DNA of 64,000 nucleotides from Cenarchaeum sp. (GTDB taxonomy: Archaea > Thermoproteota > Nitrososphaeria > Nitrososphaerales > Nitrosopumilaceae), in assembly GCA_963693095.2 (NCBI GenBank), contig OY843768.1, positions 1,824,001-1,888,000 on the forward strand, read 5' to 3'. Shown here piece after piece: positions 1 to 10,406 of this stretch. The notes beneath the pieces were generated by a model, which was not told the DNA's origin, did not search any database, and saw only the letters and a program-made list of their open reading frames with translations. Position 1 is the first letter of the stretch. Each line of letters starts with the position of its first letter. The translations under genes were made by a program, and so were the position numbers.

Positions 1-2100
1 GGCGGCTCGCCTCCTGACGCATACATACCTGCAGCAAAGTCATCCACTGGCCTCACGCTACGTTTTAGTGCCAATTCTGTGTATGCTGGCGAGACGATCA
101 CGTTCTCCGGCCAGCTCACGTCCGGAGGTCGGTCACTCTCAGGGGCGACGATCCACATCAAAGAGGACGATCCCGCATGGCGTGATGAGTTCCTTGCAAC
201 CACCACGACTGATTCGCAAGGACGCTATTCTGTGACCTGGCGCGCGTCTGCTGCGACATTTGAGACTGACTTTGACGTGTATGCTGTCTTTGAGGGCTCA
301 TCAGACTATTTGAGGTCGACGTCTGACCGGTATACGCTTCCCGTCCTAAAGCGTTCAGGCACAATCACGATGGATACGCTGCCACGCAGCGTCCATATTG
401 GTGAGCTAGTGACCTTTTCGGGACACCTGCGCCTTCCTGGAGTGGACACGACGAACATCCTGGTGTATATCATGGACGAGGACTTTGGCGGCCCCGATGA
501 CCTCCTTGCGACTGCATATGTGGAGAGTGATGGGAGCTATTCGGTCAGCTGGGTTGCGCGCAAGGTCGACTCTGACAATGTTGCCGACATTTATGCCGTC
601 TTTGAGGGTGATGCAACGCACTATCGCCTGACGACATGCGATGACGGACCCACGCGCTCCTTTGGTGGATGGTGCAGTGACACGGTAAAGCTCTCGATCC
701 TTGCAGAGCGGCCACGCGTGAAGCCTGACCCGCCGGGAGGCCAATACATGGAGCTGACCTATTCGCTTGACTTTATGTCTAGGCCGACAGTTGCCATATC
801 GCCAAGTCGCGACTCGTATGACGTCGTTCGCCACCACATAACTCCTGCCAGGGCGGGTCTTGAGGCGCTCTCTTCGGAGCTTTCCGCGCGCCACGGAGGC
901 GACTGGCTCCTGAACTATGAGGTTCTGGAAAAGGGCAAGTGGAGAGCCAACTCAAGGGCTGACGTTGTGGTCAACCTCATCACGGGTTATGATGACGACT
1001 ATTGCAATGACGTGCTTGGGTGGGCTCCGGGCATTCGCGAGTCGCGTCCAATCCAGGTATACGTCTGCTCCACGTCGGGGCAGACGGCGCACTCCAACGC
1101 AGAGGTTATGCTGACTGCCACACACGAGTTTATTCATGCGATTGGGTTGGGACACGTGTTTAACAAGAAAAACGACATGATGTGCAGCGTCGAGGACGGC
1201 GTGCCTACATGCCCTCCCTCATACAACGAGGAACCCAGACCATCGAGCCTAGTGCTAGACGCAATCGCCGAGGTATATGGGCGCGATGGTTTTGTCGTTC
1301 CCAACAAAGGTGTCACTAACACGTATTTTGCAATATGGGACGGACGCACCTCTCCGACCACGCAGGGCGGGACACAGGCGGTTCCGACTATACGGGGTCT
1401 TGCTGACGGTGGCCGACTTGTACTTGAGACGGTACCCACACGCACGTTCTCCGAGCATGCCTCGTATGTTGAGAGCTTTGGATATTTTGGCCCCGAGCTT
1501 GAGTTCCTGAACGACACGTTCATCCTGCCCCACGATATTACCGTGAGCCTGCGGGAGTGCGGCGGAACGACCTCTTCGTATGACCAAGCATCGAGGACGA
1601 TTCTCATATGCTACGAGCGCGTGGCCGACTATGTGGATGTCACATACGAGCTAGATTTTGACGCTGATGATAGCTATGCGTATGTATTCAACAATGTCGA
1701 CTTTGAGCTGTACCGTGGCCTTGCCTATGCGCTATCTCACGTGCACGATCTGCCGACTTTTGGATATGGTGTCCACATGGCGGACAGCTTTGCTGCATAT
1801 GTCATGCTCACGTTTTACGATGATCCGACTATCGGCCAGGATATAGTGTATGACGCATCCACGCAGCTGTATGCCCAAAGCGAGTATGGCGAAGGCAACA
1901 CCGCATCCCATGCGTACGACCTCGAACGATTTCACAGGATCACGTGCTATGCGTACGGGCAGGACACAGAGTCCAACGCGTACCTTGTAACCGAGGGCTG
2001 GCTCCCCGAAAATATCAGCAGATCCTGCTCCTTGACGTATGCTAGGATGGTCGATATATGGGACACTGCGCTGTCAGGATACATGCATCCAATAGCATAA
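1..2100 (+). CDS. Large surface/secreted metalloprotease-like protein (Ig-like repeats, matrixin/metzincin domain, degenerate DUF4344-like C-terminal domain); 5'-partial
   Basis: Frame is open from position 1. Two similar beta-rich repeats (GETITFSGQL / GELVTFSGHL), zinc motif HEFIHAIGLGH followed by a Met-turn (DMM), C-terminal LPHDITV..ECG...YD....ILICYE pattern. Confidence 0.7.
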   Translation, partial: GGSPPDAYIPAAKSSTGLTLRFSANSVYAGETITFSGQLTSGGRSLSGATIHIKEDDPAWRDEFLATTTTDSQGRYSVTWRASAATFETDFDVYAVFEGSSDYLRSTSDRYTLPVLKRSGTITMDTLPRSVHIGELVTFSGHLRLPGVDTTNILVYIMDEDFGGPDDLLATAYVESDGSYSVSWVARKVDSDNVADIYAVFEGDATHYRLTTCDDGPTRSFGGWCSDTVKLSILAERPRVKPDPPGGQYMELTYSLDFMSRPTVAISPSRDSYDVVRHHITPARAGLEALSSELSARHGGDWLLNYEVLEKGKWRANSRADVVVNLITGYDDDYCNDVLGWAPGIRESRPIQVYVCSTSGQTAHSNAEVMLTATHEFIHAIGLGHVFNKKNDMMCSVEDGVPTCPPSYNEEPRPSSLVLDAIAEVYGRDGFVVPNKGVTNTYFAIWDGRTSPTTQGGTQAVPTIRGLADGGRLVLETVPTRTFSEHASYVESFGYFGPELEFLNDTFILPHDITVSLRECGGTTSSYDQASRTILICYERVADYVDVTYELDFDADDSYAYVFNNVDFELYRGLAYALSHVHDLPTFGYGVHMADSFAAYVMLTFYDDPTIGQDIVYDASTQLYAQSEYGEGNTASHAYDLERFHRITCYAYGQDTESNAYLVTEGWLPENISRSCSLTYARMVDIWDTALSGYMHPIA

Positions 2101-2193
2101 TTTTGAAAACTTGTGTGTGATGATCGTTTTTCATTACCGTCAGATCTTCTATGAACGTCCCTCGACTAGAATAGCATCATGCTGGGAGGAAGG

Positions 2194-3387
2194 TCATCTA
2201 TCCGACGTGCGTATGTGCTCGAGTGAGCTTACAGCCAGCTCTAGCGCCTTGCGCACATTCGAGCTGTCTATGCGTAGCCTGCACTCTGACTTGCGGGACA
2301 GGACAAACGGCTTTAGCCGCCTTGCCCCCTTCGGGAGTGTGGCGTTCTCTGGGGCCAGAAAGACTAGGTCAAGCCACCCCTTTCCCACGGCCAGCGCGGC
2401 AAACGCACGTTTTCTTGACTCCTCGCCATCACAAAAGTACAACCATGCTGACTCGAATGTAACAGCACCCGTCTCAGCTATATCATTTGCAACTGATCTG
2501 GCCAATGAGCGCACTGGTGGGTTTGCGCGATTCAGTGATCCAGACCAAGTTGCAGGTTTACGGCCTGCGTTATTCCAGCTCTTCCTGGGCTTGACCGCGT
2601 CGACCTCCGTCTTTTTCTTGGACGCATAGCCCATAGCTAGGCAACTGAGCCTGTCTGTAATTATGGGCATAGTTTTTTCCAATTCTTCATAAAAATCACC
2701 CTCTTCGAATCCTAACACGCACACATTTCTCTTTTTATTGTCTAAAGTCCAGTCAATATTCTCAAACGATTCTATCATTACTCGTTCTATGTTTTTGCGA
2801 ATATTATCGCTGCTGAACCGCTCTGCGGTTAATATTGCTGCATATGCAAATTCCTTGTGCTTTGTCCACATGCCAATTCGAACTAGAGCTTCGCTTGTTT
2901 CACCAATATACACTTTTTTGTCTTCTGGGTTTACAATTAACACATATACACACGGGAAATTATCCTTTGAAAATCTTTTTGAGAATACTTTTTCTAGAGC
3001 TTCCCTGAGTGCAGTTTTACGGCAAAATATGCCCTCTATTCGGTCATTTATTTTGAGGTGATAATATCCGCCCCCACTAATGTCTACAAACTTTTCGGTA
3101 TATTGGTATGGTATGGGACGAATATCGGCATTTTGCCTTTCGGCATCTTGGCTTGTAATATTCATCGTTGGCTTGTGTGTATTCTTTAGTTCATACACTC
3201 CTGCTGACACGCGTACAAATCTGCCGGGAGCTTTTATCATGTATGCCCCTACCGTGGATGACGGGGTCTTGCCACCAAGTTTTGCCAACTTGCGCTTCTG
3301 AATCACCTCTGTGATGTCTTTACAGTTTGAGGCCCCTCGTTCTTTGAGAACCGCCACTATTGCGTCTTCGAGTTTCATCTGTTTCAC
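2194..3387 (-). CDS. HARE-HTH (HB1/ASXL-like wHTH) plus GIY-YIG nuclease protein
   Basis: N-terminus LEDAIVAVLKE...GGKTPSSTVGAYM...GVYEL fits HARE-HTH; CVYVL...KVYIGET...RI fits GIY-YIG; lies next to the RM locus. Confidence 0.7.
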   Translation of the reverse strand: MKQMKLEDAIVAVLKERGASNCKDITEVIQKRKLAKLGGKTPSSTVGAYMIKAPGRFVRVSAGVYELKNTHKPTMNITSQDAERQNADIRPIPYQYTEKFVDISGGGYYHLKINDRIEGIFCRKTALREALEKVFSKRFSKDNFPCVYVLIVNPEDKKVYIGETSEALVRIGMWTKHKEFAYAAILTAERFSSDNIRKNIERVMIESFENIDWTLDNKKRNVCVLGFEEGDFYEELEKTMPIITDRLSCLAMGYASKKKTEVDAVKPRKSWNNAGRKPATWSGSLNRANPPVRSLARSVANDIAETGAVTFESAWLYFCDGEESRKRAFAALAVGKGWLDLVFLAPENATLPKGARRLKPFVLSRKSECRLRIDSSNVRKALELAVSSLEHIRTSDR

Positions 3388-3555
3388 AATGCCTAGGCAT
3401 AATACTAATAAATCTGCCGCTTGGTGCTACATATAATCTATGGCTGAAACACCACGCACAGCTCACACGGTGGCTTTTCGCCGGATCGGGTCATACAACA
3501 TAGATTATACATAGGAAAAGTTTGCTGTTGCCTCTACACGTACAACCAAATGCTC

Positions 3556-4248
3556 TCACGTGCTGATTGCATATTTGTCAAGTTCGGTTCTTGATTTTGA
3601 AACTTGCGGATAACATTGTGCAACCAGACTCCAGTAGCGTTTTGAATGATTTCTAATTTTTATGTGACATAGCTCGTGCACAATTACATAATCTATGAGG
3701 TGTCGTGGAAGTGCAAGAAGTTTTGCATTTAGGTTGATAGTGTGGTTTTTAGTTGCGCTACCCCATCGACTTTTATGTTTTTTAATATTGATCTGACTTG
3801 GTTTTATTCCAATTTTCTTGCTGATTATGGATGTTCTTTGTGGGAGATATGTTTGTGCTTTTTTATAAATCCAATCTTGGTAGTATTGTTCGATCAATCG
3901 TGATGTAATTTTATTCTTTGATGTTCTATACATAAATTGTCTGTTTTTAAATTCAAACATATCTTCTCCAGCACAAATGTGTATGGGATATTGATGTCCA
4001 AGATATGATTTAAATTTGATAGATCCTTGTTGGTTTTTGTCTAAGCTATTTTGTATTGTTTTGTATTTTTTTGTAATGCGTGGATTCAGCTTCACGATCA
4101 TATCTCTAATCTCACGTTCAGATTTCGTCGCCGGGACTATAACACGTATTTCATTATGGCTTATCTGAACCTCTGATGTCATTTTGCGTTTGGTCTTTAT
4201 AATTGTGCATTTGACCATACGGTTGTTTAAGTTAATGCTATTGCGCAT
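3556..4248 (-). CDS. SprT/YgjP-like (DUF45, M48-like) zinc metalloprotease accompanying type I RM
   Basis: KSRWGS...INLN..L and IDYVIVHELCH...NHS..YW motifs; overlaps the hsdR stop, a common arrangement. Confidence 0.85.
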   Translation of the reverse strand: MRNSINLNNRMVKCTIIKTKRKMTSEVQISHNEIRVIVPATKSEREIRDMIVKLNPRITKKYKTIQNSLDKNQQGSIKFKSYLGHQYPIHICAGEDMFEFKNRQFMYRTSKNKITSRLIEQYYQDWIYKKAQTYLPQRTSIISKKIGIKPSQINIKKHKSRWGSATKNHTINLNAKLLALPRHLIDYVIVHELCHIKIRNHSKRYWSLVAQCYPQVSKSRTELDKYAIST

Positions 4249-7222
4249 AGTGATTTTTCACCAAATCTCTTATTTTCTCTAACGCGGAATCTATGTCTGT
4301 GCCAACTTGTTTCTCTTTTTGAAGCATTTCGTAAATGTCTTTTTGGATATCTTTATCAATTGTGGGTTTGTCTGGCCAATCGATAATTTGCGTATAGGGG
4401 ATTAGTTGTTCAAACAGCTTTATTGATAGATTAACACTTGCTTCTTTTCCCACGATTGGCATCATCACATTGTATATTGCAAATTCGAATGGTGTTGCTT
4501 CATAACTTCCAAACACGTCTTTGATCACTTTTTCACGGTTCACAGCATCGTTGTAAATGTCGACAAGTTCATCTAAATATAGCTCTAAATTTTCTATTCT
4601 GCGCATATTTTCATCTCTGATGATCTTTTCTAATCGTTCTTTTAGTGATTCAGCATATGTCGGATCTGTAGCCCATATTTCTTTAATCACTATTCTAATC
4701 CTATTTTTTAATAGTGCTGCTCGAGCAGCTTTAGATTCAATTTTATTATTTATAATATCTAGAAAATGTTTGTTTATTATCTGTTGCTGATTAATCAAAA
4801 TCTCTATATCTCCCGCCACAATGTGTTTATTAATTATATCTTTAATCTTTTCTCCATACAATTTCATATAGACGTCATGTCTTCCATAATACGTTGCAAG
4901 CCAACGAAGGCATCTTGCCATGAGTCTCCAGTTATCAATATAAGAAATAGCATTTTTATCAGGCAATGCAGCATTTAAAATGTTTAAAAATTTTCGAAAA
5001 TCGCTTTCAAACTTGGCTCTTTTTTCTGAATTTTCAAATGCTATTATGACAGTATTATGATTTTTGTAGTTAATTTTTTCTAGATGTTTCATTGCTATTT
5101 TACAGGCCACATCTAGATCTGCATATATCTTGCCAAGTGGCACAAGCGCATCAACGATATCCATACTATCAAAAGCTAGAAATGCTTTGTGCAATTCTTG
5201 TGTTACTCCATAGTAATCAACTATTATACCATGAGTTTTTTCTGTTGTGTATGGCCGGTTTACTCTTGCTATTGCTTGTAGTAAGTTATGATCGCGCAAT
5301 CCTTTATCCAGATACAACGCCTGACAGATTGGCGCATCATATCCTACCAGCAACATATCCACAACAATCAAGATCTTAGTTGGGTCATCGGAACGCTTGA
5401 ATTTCTCTGCTGTTATTCCACACTCTTCTTTTGTTAGATGGTGCACATTCCAACTCTGCCCGTCTTGGTCGTATCCTTCATAATCGCTCATTATGATCGT
5501 GGATTTTGGAGAATTGGCTATGCTGTCTAACGCTTTTTTATATAATACCGCTGCAGCTCTTGACGATGTGACTAACATAGCTTTACACCCATTGGGTTTT
5601 ATGTATTCTGTATAGTGTTTAACTATATCATTCGCGATCATTTCTATGCGATGTGGTGCTTCGGCCAGTGAATTTTTTGTCACATATTTTTGTTTAACTA
5701 TTTTTCTTGTGTCTTCATCACAATCAGCAAAAACGTGTTCGAATAACTCGTCAATGTTATCATACCCGTCAACATACACTTTAGGCAAACGCCCGTCATA
5801 CGTTATGGGCAATGTTGTCTTGTCGGCCTGCGATTCTCTAAATCCATACTTGTCAATCAATGGTCCAAATATATCAAATGTGCTTTTATCTTGCCTATCA
5901 ATTGGGGTTCCCGTAAACGCATAAAATATTCCATTTGGTAACGATGCTCGCATATTTGCTGCCTTTATCCTAAATTGACTTCTGTGTGCTTCGTCTACGA
6001 GGCAGAGCACGCGTTCTTTAATGCAGATGCCTACACCGTCAAACTTATCAATAACCGTCATGATCGTCTTTCCTCTTGGGTTTTTGAGCAACTCTGCAAG
6101 ATCTTTTTTACTGGATGCTCTGTGTGGGTTGGCAAATCCATAATTTTTAAATGTGTTGGAAATCTGTCGATCTAGCTGGGTTCTATCAGTAATAACAACG
6201 ATTGGAATGTTTGCAAATTTTCGTTTTGCTAGTATTGCAAGCCAGACCATTGACAATGATTTTCCTGATCCTTGTGTGTGCCACACTACGCCTCCTTTGC
6301 TCTTATCGTGTGTGTGAATACGCTCAATCGCTTTTGTGACAGCTCGTAATTGTGGATATCTTGCCACAATTTTAATTTCTTTATTGTTTTTTGTATCATA
6401 CATTACGAAATTTTGTAGAGTGTGTAATAAAATACTTTTTGATAAAAGACTCCCAATCAAAATTTCCTGTTCTCTAGCTTGCCCATTTAATTCCTTTAGT
6501 TCATTTTTTGTATAAGGATATCCATCAGACCATGGCGTATAATGATTTATCTCCGTTTCAATCGTACCCACTCTGGCAATGTCTCCACAGGTTGCAACTA
6601 AGAGGTGATTATAGTAAAAAAGTTGTTTATGACCCTGTGTTGTATTTTGATACTTGCGTAAATTATCCATAAATGCCTTTTCAATTGGATCAGGTATTGA
6701 TGGTGCCTTACATTCTATAACTACCAGAGGAATTCCATTTACAAAAATGACAATATCTGGAAAAATGGAGCGTTTATACCCGTCTACTCTAAACTGATTT
6801 GTGACAAGGAAATTATTATTTTCTGGATTATCAAAATCAAAAAAGTTAATGCGTATTGATGTACTAACACCATTTGTTTTTCTCTTAATCGTGACGGGAA
6901 TTGTATCATTTGTTTGTGACCAACCTACTAGTTTTGCATGGATTTTACGATTTGTTGTTACTGGAGTATCTGATGATTTGTTTTCTTTAAGTTGTTTCAC
7001 CGCTTCATCAATTTCTTCGTCACTGATTCCGGGATTTAATTTTTCTAGTGCTGTATGTAAACGTGTATGCAATAACACATCTCGGTAGTCGATCCTTTCT
7101 TCCTTGTTCAGCTCTGATCTTGATTTATACTCGTAGCCCATTGCCACTAGTTGCCTTAGAGCTGGCAGCTCTACTAAGCTCCCCTCCTCGCCGCCATCGA
7201 CGTCATACTCTCCTTGAACCAC
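4238..7222 (-). CDS. hsdR: Type I restriction enzyme, restriction subunit
   Basis: PDIVIFVNGIPLVVIECK nuclease motif, HTQGSGKS Walker A, DEAHRSQ, FTGTP, LLQAIARVNR. Confidence 0.96.
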   Translation of the reverse strand: MVQGEYDVDGGEEGSLVELPALRQLVAMGYEYKSRSELNKEERIDYRDVLLHTRLHTALEKLNPGISDEEIDEAVKQLKENKSSDTPVTTNRKIHAKLVGWSQTNDTIPVTIKRKTNGVSTSIRINFFDFDNPENNNFLVTNQFRVDGYKRSIFPDIVIFVNGIPLVVIECKAPSIPDPIEKAFMDNLRKYQNTTQGHKQLFYYNHLLVATCGDIARVGTIETEINHYTPWSDGYPYTKNELKELNGQAREQEILIGSLLSKSILLHTLQNFVMYDTKNNKEIKIVARYPQLRAVTKAIERIHTHDKSKGGVVWHTQGSGKSLSMVWLAILAKRKFANIPIVVITDRTQLDRQISNTFKNYGFANPHRASSKKDLAELLKNPRGKTIMTVIDKFDGVGICIKERVLCLVDEAHRSQFRIKAANMRASLPNGIFYAFTGTPIDRQDKSTFDIFGPLIDKYGFRESQADKTTLPITYDGRLPKVYVDGYDNIDELFEHVFADCDEDTRKIVKQKYVTKNSLAEAPHRIEMIANDIVKHYTEYIKPNGCKAMLVTSSRAAAVLYKKALDSIANSPKSTIIMSDYEGYDQDGQSWNVHHLTKEECGITAEKFKRSDDPTKILIVVDMLLVGYDAPICQALYLDKGLRDHNLLQAIARVNRPYTTEKTHGIIVDYYGVTQELHKAFLAFDSMDIVDALVPLGKIYADLDVACKIAMKHLEKINYKNHNTVIIAFENSEKRAKFESDFRKFLNILNAALPDKNAISYIDNWRLMARCLRWLATYYGRHDVYMKLYGEKIKDIINKHIVAGDIEILINQQQIINKHFLDIINNKIESKAARAALLKNRIRIVIKEIWATDPTYAESLKERLEKIIRDENMRRIENLELYLDELVDIYNDAVNREKVIKDVFGSYEATPFEFAIYNVMMPIVGKEASVNLSIKLFEQLIPYTQIIDWPDKPTIDKDIQKDIYEMLQKEKQVGTDIDSALEKIRDLVKNHYAQ

Positions 7223-7709
7223 GCATCAAACCACCACATTTTCCTATATTAAGACTCGGCCTTTATTCATAGTTAAATGTGTGCCTGCAATGCCAATTGT
7301 CTCGGACAAAGGGCGAAGATACGACTTTGGTAGTTATCGTTCACAACAGCAAGCGGTTATTCCGTTGAAGCGCCAGCAGTCTGCCCTGTGCTCGAGAAGG
7401 CTCAAAATGGTTCCTGCTGTCGTCCGAGGTTTGGCGATTGCTCGAAGCACCAGATCTGCCGTAGGGCGTATGGGTGGATATTTCAGGATCGTGGCTTGCT
7501 GTCCGGCCAAACACTGTTCCTAACCTGAGACACCCTGTATTCGATATTGGGGGTATGTTGTGGATGTGTGCTACGCCAACTGTCCATTAGTACGTCGTTA
7601 GTTTTACCACACACCACTACACATAATACGCCGTTTGTTCGGCTTCCCCTGGGGCTTATTTAGTGACGGCAGTGTGATGTTTATAAAGAAGGGCTGTGGC
7701 GCTTGCGTC

Positions 7710-9191
7710 GTGAGCAAAGTCTCGTTAGACGATCTCCAACGTCATCTTTGGAAAGCTGCTGATATATTACGTGGTTCTCTTGACGCATCAGAGTTTCGTC
7801 AACCTATAATGACGATTTTGTTTTTAAAACGGCTTAACGACCAATTTGAAGAAAATATTGATTTATTGATCGCAAAGGGAAAATCCAAAAAAGATGCCAT
7901 GAAACATTTCAATCACAAGTTTTTTGTTCCGAGCAGTGCTCGTTGGGAAACGCTTGCTTCGGCCACATCTAATATTGGAGCTGTGATTAACAAGGCATGC
8001 AAAGACATAGAATCTAAAAATTCTAATCTTAAGGGAGTGTTATCAAATATTGATTATGCAGATCATAGAAAATATTCTAATACAAATCTTGCCCATCTTA
8101 TATCTCATTTCAATGAACCTCGTTTACGTAATGCTGATCTTGAAAAAGAAGATATTTTTGGAGATGCTTATGAATATCTATTAGAACAATTTGCCGATGC
8201 TACAAAAAAGAGAGGTGGTGAGTTTTTTACTCCACGAGAAGTGGTAAAGTTATTAGTCAACCTAGTTGATCCTAAAGAACGAATGAGAATTTGTGATCCT
8301 ACATGTGGTTCTGGCGGGATGCTTATATTATCAAGACGTTATGTTGAAAAACATGGTGGTAATCCGCGCAACATAACTTTACATGGTCAAGAATCTAACC
8401 ACAGCAATTTATCTATGTGTAAAATGAATATGGTTTTACATGGCATTGCCGATTTCAGAATTGAACATGGTGACGTTTTGACTGATCCTCAATTACTTAA
8501 ACATAACAAACTTGATACGTATCATAAAGTATTGGCGAATTTTCCATTTTCTATGGATTGGCCTCACACAATGCCTGATCCATATGGACGATTCAAATAT
8601 GGGCGCCCTCCTGCAAAAAATAAAGCTGATTTTGCTTTTATTCAACATATGCTCTCCCAGTTACGCTCTGACGGACAGGCTGCAATTATCTGTTCACAGG
8701 GAGTTCTTTTTCGAAGTGGTGTTGAAAAACAAATTAGATCTGGTATGATTAACGATGATATTATTGAGGGCGTCATAGCATTACCTGAAAAACTATTTTT
8801 TGGTACCGGGATTCCGGCCTGTGTATTATTGTTAAATAAAGCAAAGCCGAAACGACATAAACATACGGTTATTTTCATTTCTGCCACAGATGATCGTCTT
8901 GAAGAATCCACTAGGAACAAGCTCCGTCCTCAAGATATTATAAAAATTGTTAATGCTTATAATAATTATATTGACATTGATCGCTACTGTCATATTGCCG
9001 ATCTGGCCGAAATTCAAGATAATGATTATAATCTAAATGTGCCCAGATATGTTGATACTACACCACCTGAAACTCCAGTTGACATTCAAACCGTTATTAA
9101 TAAATTACATCAATTAAAACATCAACGTGCTAAACTTGAATCTAAAACTATTGATGATTTACGTATGCTGAAATTTAAAATCTCAAAGTGA
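7710..9191 (+). CDS. hsdM: Type I restriction-modification methyltransferase subunit
   Basis: LWKAADILRG N-terminal domain, GEFFTP, DPTCGSGG (motif I), NFPF (motif IV). Start moved to GTG 7710, downstream of TTTATAAA at about 7681. Confidence 0.95.
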   Translation: MSKVSLDDLQRHLWKAADILRGSLDASEFRQPIMTILFLKRLNDQFEENIDLLIAKGKSKKDAMKHFNHKFFVPSSARWETLASATSNIGAVINKACKDIESKNSNLKGVLSNIDYADHRKYSNTNLAHLISHFNEPRLRNADLEKEDIFGDAYEYLLEQFADATKKRGGEFFTPREVVKLLVNLVDPKERMRICDPTCGSGGMLILSRRYVEKHGGNPRNITLHGQESNHSNLSMCKMNMVLHGIADFRIEHGDVLTDPQLLKHNKLDTYHKVLANFPFSMDWPHTMPDPYGRFKYGRPPAKNKADFAFIQHMLSQLRSDGQAAIICSQGVLFRSGVEKQIRSGMINDDIIEGVIALPEKLFFGTGIPACVLLLNKAKPKRHKHTVIFISATDDRLEESTRNKLRPQDIIKIVNAYNNYIDIDRYCHIADLAEIQDNDYNLNVPRYVDTTPPETPVDIQTVINKLHQLKHQRAKLESKTIDDLRMLKFKISK

Positions 9192-9198
9192 TGTGTTT

Positions 9199-10404
9199 AT
9201 GCTTACATCTGATATTTCAATTTGGCCTTCATTTCCGCTTTCTGCAGTGTGTAAAGTAAATACAGACACTCGTACACCTTCGTCAATTTACGTAGGAATT
9301 GAACATATTATTCCCAACACTAATAGCCTCAACGGTTATGGAAATATAGCGAATTTTAAAACTTCTCGCATTTTTCAATCAGGTAATCTGCTATATGCTA
9401 AACTTGGACCGGCATCTAATAAAATCTGGCTTGCAAATCACAGTGGGCATTGCTCCACTGATATTATTCCTCTCTCCCTCATATCAAAATTGTTTGTTCC
9501 TAAATTTTTGTTATATGTTCTTTCTCACACACGTTTTATTCATCATGCTATTTCAACATCATCTGGCACAATCATGCCACGAACTAGTTGGAATAATATT
9601 AAAAATTTTCATATTCCTGCCCCTCCAATTCAAGAACAACGTCGCATCGCGTCAATTCTGGCTAATATTGACGCACTAATCGAGAACGTGGAGGAAACTA
9701 TGTCAAGCTATGGAAAACTGAAACAAGGTTTGATGCAGCAGTTATTCACAGTGGGTGTAGGTCATTCACAATATCAGACAGTACGTGTTCAGTTTAGCAA
9801 ACAATCAACAATTCCAAAATCTTGGATTATAGAATCATTATCGTCATTCGGAAAAATTATTGGAGGCGGAACGCCCAGTACAAAAAATAAAGAATATTGG
9901 AACGGTGACGTATTATGGGCCACTCCTTCGGATATTACTGAATTAAAATCAGTATTTATAAACAACACAAAAAGAACAATTACAGAAAAAGGACTGAAAA
10001 AGAGTGCGGCAAAGCTTCTCCCCCCACATTCAATATTAATAACAACACGAGCGACAATTGGGGCGATGGCCATCAATACAAGACCAATGGCCACTAATCA
10101 GGGATTTCACAGCATATGCTGCAATTCACATTACGTACCGTCATTTATATTTTATTTAATAATGCACCATAATTCAAAATTATTAAGATATGCAGACGGA
10201 ACAACATTTTTAGAAGTGGGAAAAACTGATCTTGAAAAAATCAGAATTGCGTTACCACCAAAAAAAGCAGAACAGCGCAAGATTGCGTCAATTCTGTCAG
10301 GAGTTGATGCAATATTAGAAAATTATTGTTCATACAAGAACGAATTAGAACAACTTAAACAAGGGCTCATGCAACAGCTCCTTACCGGCAAAATGCGAAT
10401 ATAA
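9199..10404 (+). CDS. hsdS: Type I specificity subunit, co-transcribed with hsdM (TRD-a + TRD-b)
   Basis: Two TRDs each followed by conserved EQRRIASIL / EQRKIASIL and LKQGLMQQL(F/L)T helices; directly follows hsdM. Confidence 0.93.
   Translation: MLTSDISIWPSFPLSAVCKVNTDTRTPSSIYVGIEHIIPNTNSLNGYGNIANFKTSRIFQSGNLLYAKLGPASNKIWLANHSGHCSTDIIPLSLISKLFVPKFLLYVLSHTRFIHHAISTSSGTIMPRTSWNNIKNFHIPAPPIQEQRRIASILANIDALIENVEETMSSYGKLKQGLMQQLFTVGVGHSQYQTVRVQFSKQSTIPKSWIIESLSSFGKIIGGGTPSTKNKEYWNGDVLWATPSDITELKSVFINNTKRTITEKGLKKSAAKLLPPHSILITTRATIGAMAINTRPMATNQGFHSICCNSHYVPSFIFYLIMHHNSKLLRYADGTTFLEVGKTDLEKIRIALPPKKAEQRKIASILSGVDAILENYCSYKNELEQLKQGLMQQLLTGKMRI
9649..9750 (+). repeat. 102-bp inverted repeat, left copy (central conserved region of hsdS)
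   Basis: Reads as the exact reverse complement of 13078-13179 (gcgtcaattctggctaat...gcagttattcaca). Confidence 0.93.
10267..10300 (+). repeat. Short inverted repeat (30-34 bp) in the distal conserved region of hsdS
   Basis: gcagaacagcgcaagattgcgtcaattctgtcag is the reverse complement of 11451-11484 (1 mismatch); its first 30 bp are the reverse complement of 13168-13197. Confidence 0.9.
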
Positions 10405-10406
10405 CT

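Noticed and set aside
7281-7523. 80-aa ORF between hsdR and hsdM
   Set aside because: No recognisable motif, GTG start and no convincing promoter; may be non-coding or a remnant.
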